64,000 bases of DNA from Promethearchaeota archaeon. Its GTDB lineage: Archaea; Asgardarchaeota; Lokiarchaeia; Sigyniarchaeales; SOKP01. The notes under the pieces were generated by a model. The model was not told where the DNA came from, did not search any database, and saw only the letters and a program-made list of their open reading frames with translations. The position numbers and the translations under genes were made by a program. The DNA lies in assembly GCA_048937405.1 (NCBI GenBank), contig JBHLNF010000001.1, positions 720,785-784,784 on the forward strand, read 5' to 3'. Positions 18,789 to 26,702 of this stretch are shown one piece after another (position 1 is the first letter of the stretch; each line of letters opens with the position of its first letter).

Positions 18789-20123
18789 ATGACTGGAATT
18801 CTAGATGGTATAATTATATTAGATTTTTCTGAATATATTGCTGGTCCATATTGTGGGGGACTTCTTTCCGATTTGGGTGCAGAAGTAATAAAAATCGAAC
18901 CTCCTGATGGATCGGAAGAAAGAAGATGGGGAAATTCCAAAATATTTAAAGGAAGTACTAGATCTGCTTTAACAATGAATAGGAATAAGAAAAGTCTTTG
19001 TCTGGATATTAGAAAGGAAGAAGCCAAGAATATTATTTATCGGCTTGTTGAAAAGGCTGATGTTGTACTTCAAAATTACACCCCTGGAGTCGCTGAAAAA
19101 CTTGGGATTGATTATGACACTCTATCAACCATTAACAAAAAGTTGATTTTCATCTCAAGTACTGCATTTGGAGAAATTGGCCCCTATCAAAATCGTAGAG
19201 GTTTAGATCTTATTGCACATGCGGCTTCTGGCATTATGGCTTATTATGCTGATGAAGATGGTAACCCTAAGGGACCAGGAGGAATCCCATATATTGATAT
19301 CTGTACAGCTATGCTCAACGCTTTTAGTGTTGTGGCTGCTCTTTTTAACAGAATAAAGACTAGAGAGGGTCAAAAAATTGAAACCTCACTTTTTACCACT
19401 GCTTTGGCTTTACAACTTACTAGTGTTACAAACATCGAGAAATTGGAGAAGGAAAGATATAAAGAAGAATTGGATCTTTTAAGCAATGCTTTTCAAGAGG
19501 GAAAATCTCATACAGAGATTATCGATGAATTAATGTACTTGAAACGACGATATGATCGACCTGAAGCAACTAGAATAATTGATGTTCCAGATTGTAATCA
19601 TAGGCCAGCAGACAGATATTTTTTCCCTTATTATAGGATTTATGAAACAGCAAATGGTTTTATCAGTATTGCTGCGATAACCAGTCGACAGAGAAAAATT
19701 GTATGTGATGTGATAGATATTTACGATAAGGGAGCTGAGGTTGAATTTGGTGATATAACTGATGAGGTTATCAATCATCAACAAGAATTGACACATCAGA
19801 TTGAAAAGCGATTTCGTGAAAAGACAAAGGAAGAATGGATCGAAGCTCTGGAAAATGCTGGGATTCCATGTGGACAAGTAAATTATAGTGTGGATCTATT
19901 CTATGATCCTCAAGTGAAGGCTATGAATATGATATGGGATCTTGAAAATAGTGAACATGGTGCTTATAAAATGATCGGGCATCCAATTAAATTCTCAAAA
20001 ACTCCAGTTAAACCTAGAAAAGGCGCCCCAACTTTAGGCGAGGACTCGGTTTCTGTTCTGGAACAGTTTGGTTTCACTAAAAAAGAGATCACAGAGTTTA
20101 AAAAACAGTCTATTATAAAATGA
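18789..20123 (+). CDS. Family III CoA-transferase (CaiB/BaiF)
   Basis: AGPYCGGLLSDLGAEVIKIEPPDG, NRNKKSLCLD, ADVVLQNYTPG, APTLGED. Confidence 0.93.
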   Translation: MTGILDGIIILDFSEYIAGPYCGGLLSDLGAEVIKIEPPDGSEERRWGNSKIFKGSTRSALTMNRNKKSLCLDIRKEEAKNIIYRLVEKADVVLQNYTPGVAEKLGIDYDTLSTINKKLIFISSTAFGEIGPYQNRRGLDLIAHAASGIMAYYADEDGNPKGPGGIPYIDICTAMLNAFSVVAALFNRIKTREGQKIETSLFTTALALQLTSVTNIEKLEKERYKEELDLLSNAFQEGKSHTEIIDELMYLKRRYDRPEATRIIDVPDCNHRPADRYFFPYYRIYETANGFISIAAITSRQRKIVCDVIDIYDKGAEVEFGDITDEVINHQQELTHQIEKRFREKTKEEWIEALENAGIPCGQVNYSVDLFYDPQVKAMNMIWDLENSEHGAYKMIGHPIKFSKTPVKPRKGAPTLGEDSVSVLEQFGFTKKEITEFKKQSIIK

Positions 20124-20286
20124 CTGAATAGAAAAGCTTTTCTAATTTTTGTTAATATTTTGAAATGTTTTTTTATCGTTTTATCAAGTCTTTTTCAAAC
20201 TTAAAAAATTTTTTCTGAAACAAGATTGAGTGTTAGTATTGGTTTTTTTAATAAATTAGTATGATTTTAATGATAATTTAAAAAAA

Positions 20287-20625
20287 CTAACCGGGGTAAT
20301 CATTTTTTGATCCCATTAGAGTAGTTGTTTCTTCGATCCATTGAGATAAATCTTTATCAATTCTACAGAATGTAACAATTTTATCTAAATCTCTTAGTCT
20401 ACTAAATGAGCATTCTACCATAACATCCCATCCTCCATAAACAGGAGTAGCATATGTTATGTTCCAATCTTCTTTTGGATCTGTTGATTTTAAGCCCCTG
20501 AGTTTATCAACAACTTTCCATTCAGAACCAATTACTTTTAAGCGAATTAGTATATACCCTCTATAATACAATTTATGTGCATTGTTATTATTTTTGACAA
20601 CTTTATTATTCTTTTTTAGTTTCAT
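20287..20625 (-). CDS. Stand-alone Lrp/AsnC ligand-binding (RAM) domain protein
   Basis: GYILIRLKVIGSEWKVVDKL...VYGGWDVMVE...IEETTTL, with no HTH. Overlaps the argG 3' end and has a GGAGG SD. Confidence 0.7.
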   Translation of the reverse strand: MKLKKNNKVVKNNNNAHKLYYRGYILIRLKVIGSEWKVVDKLRGLKSTDPKEDWNITYATPVYGGWDVMVECSFSRLRDLDKIVTFCRIDKDLSQWIEETTTLMGSKNDYPG

Positions 20626-21907
20626 ATTTTATTACCTCCTCTATTTGATCTTTATTTGAATATCCTGTTATTGATTTAGCAATATTTCTTACTTGAAAAC
20701 CAATCTCACTTTGTAGTCCCCATATTGGAATGAATCCATAACTCAATTTTTGATTGAACGTACTCTTGGTATCATATGTAGCTAAATTTATATCATAAAG
20801 CCCATAAGGAGATTCTCTTGAAACCACGCTAGCGTTCCCCTTGAAAAGTTTCACTTTTACTTCTCCTGTAACCTTTTCATTTACAACATTAATAAATGCT
20901 TCTAAGGCGTCTCTTAACGGATCCACCCACAATCCTTCATAAATTAATTCTGTCCAACGTTGGTCTACTATCGTTTTAAATGAATTCTCATGTTTAGTAC
21001 AGACAAATTTTTCAAGATCTTTATGTGCCTTAATTAATATTAAAGCTGTTGGAACTTCATATACCTCCCTTGATTTTAATCCAATCGCTCGATCTTCCAT
21101 ATGATTTACTCTTCCAATTCCGTGTTTACAACCAATTTTATGTAATTCTCCAATTAAATCAACACCATTAATCTTTCTACCATTTAAACAGACTGGTATT
21201 CCTTTTTCAAAAGATATTTGGAGATATTTTGGTGTATCAGGCGCAGTTTCGGGTGAAGTTGTCCAAGAGAAACAATCTTCTGGGGGTTCAATTTCTGGGT
21301 TTTCTAAGACATCACATTCTGCACTTCTCCCGAAAAGATTCTCATCAACACTATATTTTTTATATTGTTGTTGAATAGGAATTCCATGGAGTTGAGCATA
21401 TTTAATTTCTTCATCTCTACCCATATTCCATTCTATTAAAGGTTGTAATATTTCAATATTAGGAGCATAAGCTCTCATTGTCACATTAAACCGTATTTGA
21501 TCATTTCCTTTTCCTGTACAACCATGAGCTATTGCCTCAATATTCTCTTGTTGTGCAATGTTTATAGCTTCAATAGCTATCAATGGTCTTCCTACTGCCG
21601 TGCTTAGGGGGTAAACTCCTTGATACAAACCGTTTGCTTTAATGGTAGGAAATAAATAATTATTTACAAACTTCTCTTTTAAATCTACGGTGTAGTGCTT
21701 AATCACCCCTAAATTATATGCCTTTTCCTCAATTTCCTTAAATCTGGATGGATCTGCGAATTCCTGACCGAGATCTGCTGTAAAAGTATAAATTTCAGAA
21801 CTATATTTATCTTGTAACCATTTTATCATGCAAGAAGTATCCAGACCACCAGAATACATCAATAAAATTTTATTATATTTATTTTTTTTAGGTCCTAACT
21901 GATTCAT
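20606..21907 (-). CDS. argG: Argininosuccinate synthase
   Basis: YSGGLDTS, HGCTGKGNDQIRF, YSVDENL, GLKSREVYE. Confidence 0.97.
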   Translation of the reverse strand: MNQLGPKKNKYNKILLMYSGGLDTSCMIKWLQDKYSSEIYTFTADLGQEFADPSRFKEIEEKAYNLGVIKHYTVDLKEKFVNNYLFPTIKANGLYQGVYPLSTAVGRPLIAIEAINIAQQENIEAIAHGCTGKGNDQIRFNVTMRAYAPNIEILQPLIEWNMGRDEEIKYAQLHGIPIQQQYKKYSVDENLFGRSAECDVLENPEIEPPEDCFSWTTSPETAPDTPKYLQISFEKGIPVCLNGRKINGVDLIGELHKIGCKHGIGRVNHMEDRAIGLKSREVYEVPTALILIKAHKDLEKFVCTKHENSFKTIVDQRWTELIYEGLWVDPLRDALEAFINVVNEKVTGEVKVKLFKGNASVVSRESPYGLYDINLATYDTKSTFNQKLSYGFIPIWGLQSEIGFQVRNIAKSITGYSNKDQIEEVIKYETKKE

Positions 21908-21955
21908 TAATCACTCACTTTCTTTTATTAATATCTATTATTTTATTATAATTTT

Positions 21956-23002
21956 TTATATAGGGAACATAGGAATTGATTTTAAACCTATATTCTCTTT
22001 TAAATTAAACATTAAATTCATATTTTGAACAGCTTGTCCTGCTCCACCCTTGACTAGATTATCAATTGCTCCAATTATAATTATTCTATTAGCTTTTTCA
22101 TCTAAACAAAATCCAATATCGCAATAATTTGATCCTTTAACCCATTTCGTTTCAGGGAATTCGTTTTTACCCATTAACCGAATAAAAAATTCATTACTAT
22201 AATTTTTTTCATATATTTTTTTGATATCTTCATAATTATATGACTTTTTGAGAATTCCATAGCAGGTACATAATATTCCTCTATTCATAGGGAGGAGATG
22301 CGGAGTAAAAATTACTGAAATTTCATTTCCTTTTAATTCACCTAATTCTTGTTCGATTTCTGGAGTATGTCGGTGAGATAATACTTTATATGCCTTAGTT
22401 GATTCATTACATTCTGAAAAATGGGTTCCAAGATTTAAAGATCTTCCAGCTCCTGATACTCCTGATTTTGCATCAATAATTATATTCCTTTCGTCCAAAA
22501 TCCCTTCTTTTATAAGAGGTAATAAACATAATAACGCACAAGTAGGATAGCAACCAGGATTAGCTACTAATTTTGAACTCTTTATTTGGTCTCTTTTCCA
22601 TTCTGAAAGACCGTAGACGGCTTTATTCAACAGACTAGCATTATTATGTTTAATACTATACCATAACTCGTATTCATCTACATTCTTTAATCGAAAATCT
22701 GCACTTAGATCAATAACTTTTACATTTTTTAAAATATCATCTGTTAATATCTCTGAAGTAACTCCATGAGGTAATGATAGAAATATGATATCAAGTTGGT
22801 TTATTGCAGAATTAAGATCATCCTCATCACAGATCATCTCACATATTTTATTGAAGTTTGAATAAACAGAATTATAACTTTGATTTTTATGATTTTTAGA
22901 TGTTAATAATTTTAATTCTACTTCAGGATGATTATATAAAATTCTGACTAATTCTGATCCTATATATCCAGTTGCTCCTATTATACCCGCTCTAATCATC
23001 AT
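21956..23002 (-). CDS. argC: N-acetyl-gamma-glutamyl-phosphate reductase
   Basis: IIGATGY, IDLSADFRL, ANPGCYPT, SGVSGAGR, HRHTPEI, DNLVKGGAGQAVQN. Confidence 0.97.
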   Translation of the reverse strand: MMIRAGIIGATGYIGSELVRILYNHPEVELKLLTSKNHKNQSYNSVYSNFNKICEMICDEDDLNSAINQLDIIFLSLPHGVTSEILTDDILKNVKVIDLSADFRLKNVDEYELWYSIKHNNASLLNKAVYGLSEWKRDQIKSSKLVANPGCYPTCALLCLLPLIKEGILDERNIIIDAKSGVSGAGRSLNLGTHFSECNESTKAYKVLSHRHTPEIEQELGELKGNEISVIFTPHLLPMNRGILCTCYGILKKSYNYEDIKKIYEKNYSNEFFIRLMGKNEFPETKWVKGSNYCDIGFCLDEKANRIIIIGAIDNLVKGGAGQAVQNMNLMFNLKENIGLKSIPMFPI

Positions 23003-24204
23003 TATAAGCCTTTATTATTTTTATTCTGTTGTAAAACATCATCAAGGATAGATATTCCTTCATCAATTTCATTTTTGCTAATAATCAGTGGTGGAACAAA
23101 TCTTATTACATTTTCTCCAGCACCTAATATAAGTAAACCTTGTTCCATAGATTTTTCTACTATATCCTTAACAGGAGTATTTAGTTCCAAACCAAGTATC
23201 AAACCATAACCTCTAACATCCTTAATCATAGCATATTTTTCCTTTAAAGTTGCTAGTTTCTCTTTTAGATATTCCCCTTGTTTTCGTACATTTTCAAGGA
23301 TTCCACCGTTTAACAATTTATTCAGTACTACTTTACCTGCTGTACATGCTAAATGATTACCTCCAAACGTTGATGCATGATCACCTGGTTGAAAAGCATC
23401 TGCTTTACTTTGAATTGCCAACATTGCTCCTATGGGAATACCTCCACCTAAACCTTTTGCTAATGAAACTACATCAGGTTTTACATCAAATATTTGATAT
23501 GCAAATAATTCACCAGTTCTTCCAATGCCACATTGAACTTCATCAAATACAAGTACAATATCTTTTTCATCACACAGAGCTCTTACTTTTTTTAAGTAAG
23601 ATTTCTCAGCAGGATGAATTCCTCCTTCACCTTGTATAGGCTCTATTATTATAGCACATGTGTCTTCATTAACTGCTCCTTTTAACTCATTAAAGTTATT
23701 TAATTCAACATAGGAAAATCCAGGCATTAGTGGATCAAATCCTTTTTGATATTTAGTCTGACCTGTAGCAGTGACAGTGGCCATTGTTCTTCCGTGAAAC
23801 GATCTCTTCATTGTGATAATTTTATGACAATTATCTCCATGGACTTTCTTTCCATATTTTTTACATAATTTTATTGCGGCTTCTACCGCCTCAGCTCCAC
23901 TATTACAATAAAAAATTTTATCGAAACAGCTATTTTTAATTAAAATCTCTCCTAACTCAATTGAGGGCATCATCCAGTACAAATTTGAACAATGTTGCAT
24001 TTTTTTTAATTGTGCAATAATTTCTTGGATATAATCAGGATCATTATAGCCTAAAGCATTTACAGCTATCCCAGCAACAAAATCTACATACTTTTTTCCA
24101 TCACTATCCCAGAGATAGATTCCATTTCCTTTTTCTAATACAATGGGAAACTGTTTATAAGTATTCATTATAACCTTAGTTCCCCTTTCAATCCAATCAC
24201 TCAT
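23002..24204 (-). CDS. argD: Acetylornithine aminotransferase
   Basis: DFVAGIAVNALG, NSGAEA, SFHGRT, EPIQGEGG, DEVQCG, AKGLGGG, HASTFGGN. Start placed at ATG 24204, after a GAGAGGA SD. Confidence 0.95.
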   Translation of the reverse strand: MSDWIERGTKVIMNTYKQFPIVLEKGNGIYLWDSDGKKYVDFVAGIAVNALGYNDPDYIQEIIAQLKKMQHCSNLYWMMPSIELGEILIKNSCFDKIFYCNSGAEAVEAAIKLCKKYGKKVHGDNCHKIITMKRSFHGRTMATVTATGQTKYQKGFDPLMPGFSYVELNNFNELKGAVNEDTCAIIIEPIQGEGGIHPAEKSYLKKVRALCDEKDIVLVFDEVQCGIGRTGELFAYQIFDVKPDVVSLAKGLGGGIPIGAMLAIQSKADAFQPGDHASTFGGNHLACTAGKVVLNKLLNGGILENVRKQGEYLKEKLATLKEKYAMIKDVRGYGLILGLELNTPVKDIVEKSMEQGLLILGAGENVIRFVPPLIISKNEIDEGISILDDVLQQNKNNKGL

Positions 24205-24247
24205 AATTAAATTCCTCTCTTTCATTTTTATATTTTTTTTTATAATA

Positions 24248-25108
24248 TTACTTTTTAAACATTGTACCAATCCCTTGAGGGGTAAAAATTTCAAGTAAAA
24301 GACTATGTTCAATTCTTCCATCAATAATATGAACTGCTTTTACATCATTATTTATTGCTTCTATACAACTTCTTACTTTTGGAATCATCCCTTCTGTAAT
24401 TTTACCTTCTCTAATATAAGATAAAGCTTGTTCAGTCTTCAATTCTGATATTAGTGAATTGTTATCATTTACATCTAGAAGTACTCCTAAAACGTCAGTT
24501 ATATAGATTAACTTTTCTACATTTAATGCTTTTGAAATAGCTAGTGCTACTTCATCAGCATTAATATTATATGTATTTCCTAAATTATCTGAGCCTATTG
24601 GTGCAATAACTGGAATTAAAGCATTTTTAAGTATCCCTTTCAAAAATTGAGTATTCACTTCAGTAACCTCTCCAACAAAACCTAAATCTTCTCCGTCAAC
24701 CATTTTTTTCTTTACTTTCAATAAATTACTATCTTTCCCACTCAGTCCTAATGCATTACTTCCTTGAGTCTGAATATCATTTACAATTCCTTTATTTATT
24801 TTTCCAGCTAATACCATTTCGACAACATCCATTGTTTCTTCATCAGTAATTCTAAGTCCATTAAAAAATTTTGACTCGATCTTTAATTTTCTTAATAAAA
24901 TATTAATTGAAGCTCCGCCCCCATGCACAACTATTATATTAATTCCTACGAAATCGAGGAAAACAAGATCTTCAATAAAACCCTTTTTAAGCTCAGGTTT
25001 TACCATTGCGCTACCACCATATTTTATAACAAAAGTTTTTCCATAAAATGCTCTAATGTATTTTATTGCTTCTATCAAAATTCTTGCTTTTCCAATATTT
25101 TCAATCAT
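24248..25108 (-). CDS. argB: Acetylglutamate kinase
   Basis: VIKYGGSAM, VVHGGG, GLRITD, YNINAD, GMIPKV, HSLLLEIFT. Start placed at ATG 25108, after an AAGGTGG SD. Confidence 0.96.
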   Translation of the reverse strand: MIENIGKARILIEAIKYIRAFYGKTFVIKYGGSAMVKPELKKGFIEDLVFLDFVGINIIVVHGGGASINILLRKLKIESKFFNGLRITDEETMDVVEMVLAGKINKGIVNDIQTQGSNALGLSGKDSNLLKVKKKMVDGEDLGFVGEVTEVNTQFLKGILKNALIPVIAPIGSDNLGNTYNINADEVALAISKALNVEKLIYITDVLGVLLDVNDNNSLISELKTEQALSYIREGKITEGMIPKVRSCIEAINNDVKAVHIIDGRIEHSLLLEIFTPQGIGTMFKK

Positions 25109-25121
25109 TTTTTCCACCTTT

Positions 25122-26363
25122 TCAGGTTCTATAAGATCCATTAATTCGAACATAATCATAACTTAAATCACATCCCCATGCGATTGCTTCACTTTCTCCA
25201 TCCTTTAAAAGCAATTCTACAATAATTTCATTTTCTTTTAATATTTTTAGTGCTAAATCTTCATCAAATTGTAAAGCACTTCCATCTTTCATAACCTCGA
25301 TTGAATTAACATCATTCAAAAATTTTATTGATACTTTTAATGGATCAAATTTTGCTCCAGAGTAGCCCATTGCAGCAATAATCCTACCCCAATTTGCGTC
25401 TTCTCCAAAAAAGGCTGTCTTTACTAAATTTGAGGTTATTACGGATTTACTTAAGATTTTTGCATCTTGTTTTGATGCAGCTCCTTTGACGTGAACTGCA
25501 ATAAATTTGCTAGCTCCTTCTCCATCTCTTACAATCTCTTGAGCTAAATATAAATTTACATAGTGAAGTGCGTTTTTAAAAATAAAATATTCTTCACTTT
25601 CATCAAAAATTTCTGAGTTATTACCCATTCCATTAGCCAAAAGAATTACTGAATCACTGGTACTTGTATCACCATCTACAGAGATCATATTATATGATTC
25701 TTCAATACTTTCTCTAAACGCTTTTTCTAATAATTCTTTTGAAATATTAATATCAGTTGAAATAAATGAAAGCATAGTAGCCATATTTGGATGAATCATT
25801 CCAGAACCCTTCGCCATCCCTCCTATTCTAATTTTCTTATTATCAATAATAAATTCAACCGAGATCTCTTTAGGATGTGTATCTGTCGTCATAACTGCTT
25901 CAGCAGCTAATCTTGCATCTTTATCTCTACTCCCTATGTTTTTATACGTATTTTTAATACCCTCAATTATAATTTCAATTGGAAGAGGCTTTCCAATAAC
26001 TCCTGTAGAAGCAACAATTACTTGATTTTTCTTTATTCCTAAACAAGAGGCTAACTCAGCTGCCATCATTTCATTATGTTTAATTCCCATTTCTCCTGTA
26101 CAAACATTCGCATTTCCACTATTAACGACTATGCCTTGTATCAAATTGTGATTTTGAATAAGATTTTGATTCCATAATACAGAAGGAGCTTTTACAATAT
26201 TTGTAGTAAAAACCCCTACTGCTTTAGCCGGAACTTCACTATATACTATAGCTAGGTCTTTCTTGCATTCTTTAATCCCTATATGGCAACCAGTAGCATG
26301 AAATCCTTTTGGACTTGTAATTCCTCCTTTTAATTTTGTTATATCAATATTTTTTTTTTCCAT
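25122..26363 (-). CDS. argJ: Ornithine acetyltransferase / N-acetylglutamate synthase
   Basis: NSGNAN, STGVIG, MTTDT, KGSGMIHPNMATML (autoproteolysis Thr), DGEGA, NWGRI, WGCDLSYDYVRINGSYRT. Confidence 0.97.
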   Translation of the reverse strand: MEKKNIDITKLKGGITSPKGFHATGCHIGIKECKKDLAIVYSEVPAKAVGVFTTNIVKAPSVLWNQNLIQNHNLIQGIVVNSGNANVCTGEMGIKHNEMMAAELASCLGIKKNQVIVASTGVIGKPLPIEIIIEGIKNTYKNIGSRDKDARLAAEAVMTTDTHPKEISVEFIIDNKKIRIGGMAKGSGMIHPNMATMLSFISTDINISKELLEKAFRESIEESYNMISVDGDTSTSDSVILLANGMGNNSEIFDESEEYFIFKNALHYVNLYLAQEIVRDGEGASKFIAVHVKGAASKQDAKILSKSVITSNLVKTAFFGEDANWGRIIAAMGYSGAKFDPLKVSIKFLNDVNSIEVMKDGSALQFDEDLALKILKENEIIVELLLKDGESEAIAWGCDLSYDYVRINGSYRT

Positions 26364-26436
26364 ATCTTAAAACATACCTTTTATTTCCATTTCTTGAACC
26401 TATTAAAATTTATATCTTGATTATTTTGTTTGAAAA

Positions 26437-26506
26437 ATTAATAAAAATAAAAAATTAGAAGAAGTGGAGAAAGAAGAATGACACTTCATTTCTTACTTTT
26501 ATTAAT
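26437..26506 (-). promoter_or_regulatory. arg leader long hairpin that sequesters a U-tract (attenuator-like)
   Basis: mRNA 5' arm AUUAAUAAAAGUAAGAAAU-GAAGUG pairs with CACUUC-(UUCUA)-AUUUUUUAUUUUUAUUAAU: 19 bp (2 GU) plus 6 bp. It begins 3 nt after the leader stop codon. Confidence 0.65.
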
Positions 26507-26509
26507 AAA

Positions 26510-26605
26510 TTAAAGACGGCGACGTGCCGAGTATAGATTGCGTAGTGCTTTTTGAAATTGTTTTCCTACAATTTCGTTATTCATATAAGAATCAAATAAA
26601 ATCAT
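26510..26605 (-). CDS. Putative Arg-rich leader peptide of the argJBDCG operon (MILFDSYMNNEIVGKQFQKALRNLYSARRRL; alternative start at 26584)
   Basis: ATG preceded by GGTG at 8 nt. The ORF ends GCA CGT CGC CGT CTT TAA, and all four Arg codons are CGY. It lies 146 nt upstream of argJ. Confidence 0.78.
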   Translation of the reverse strand: MILFDSYMNNEIVGKQFQKALRNLYSARRRL

Positions 26606-26655
26606 ACTTCAAACACCAACACAATATTAACAATAATTTAAAATAGGAACCTAAC

Positions 26656-26672
26656 TATAAAAATTTACCGTT
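26656..26672 (-). promoter_or_regulatory. Candidate BRE/TATA promoter for the arg leader and operon
   Basis: The minus strand reads AACGGTAAA-TTTTTATA about 50 nt upstream of the leader ATG at 26605. Confidence 0.45.
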
Positions 26673-26702
26673 TCTTCTTGATTATTTTTCAATAATCTGT
26701 TT

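Noticed and set aside
26510-26584. Resemblance of the 24-aa form of the arg leader to the fungal arginine attenuator peptide
   Set aside because: Only the length is similar. It lacks the AAP core (DYxSDHxW) and instead has an Arg-codon run, so no homology is claimed.
26680-26697. 7-bp inverted repeat just after the argH stop (GATTATT-N4-AATAATC)
   Set aside because: It is weak and AT-rich. It may be a terminator or operator but cannot be distinguished from background.
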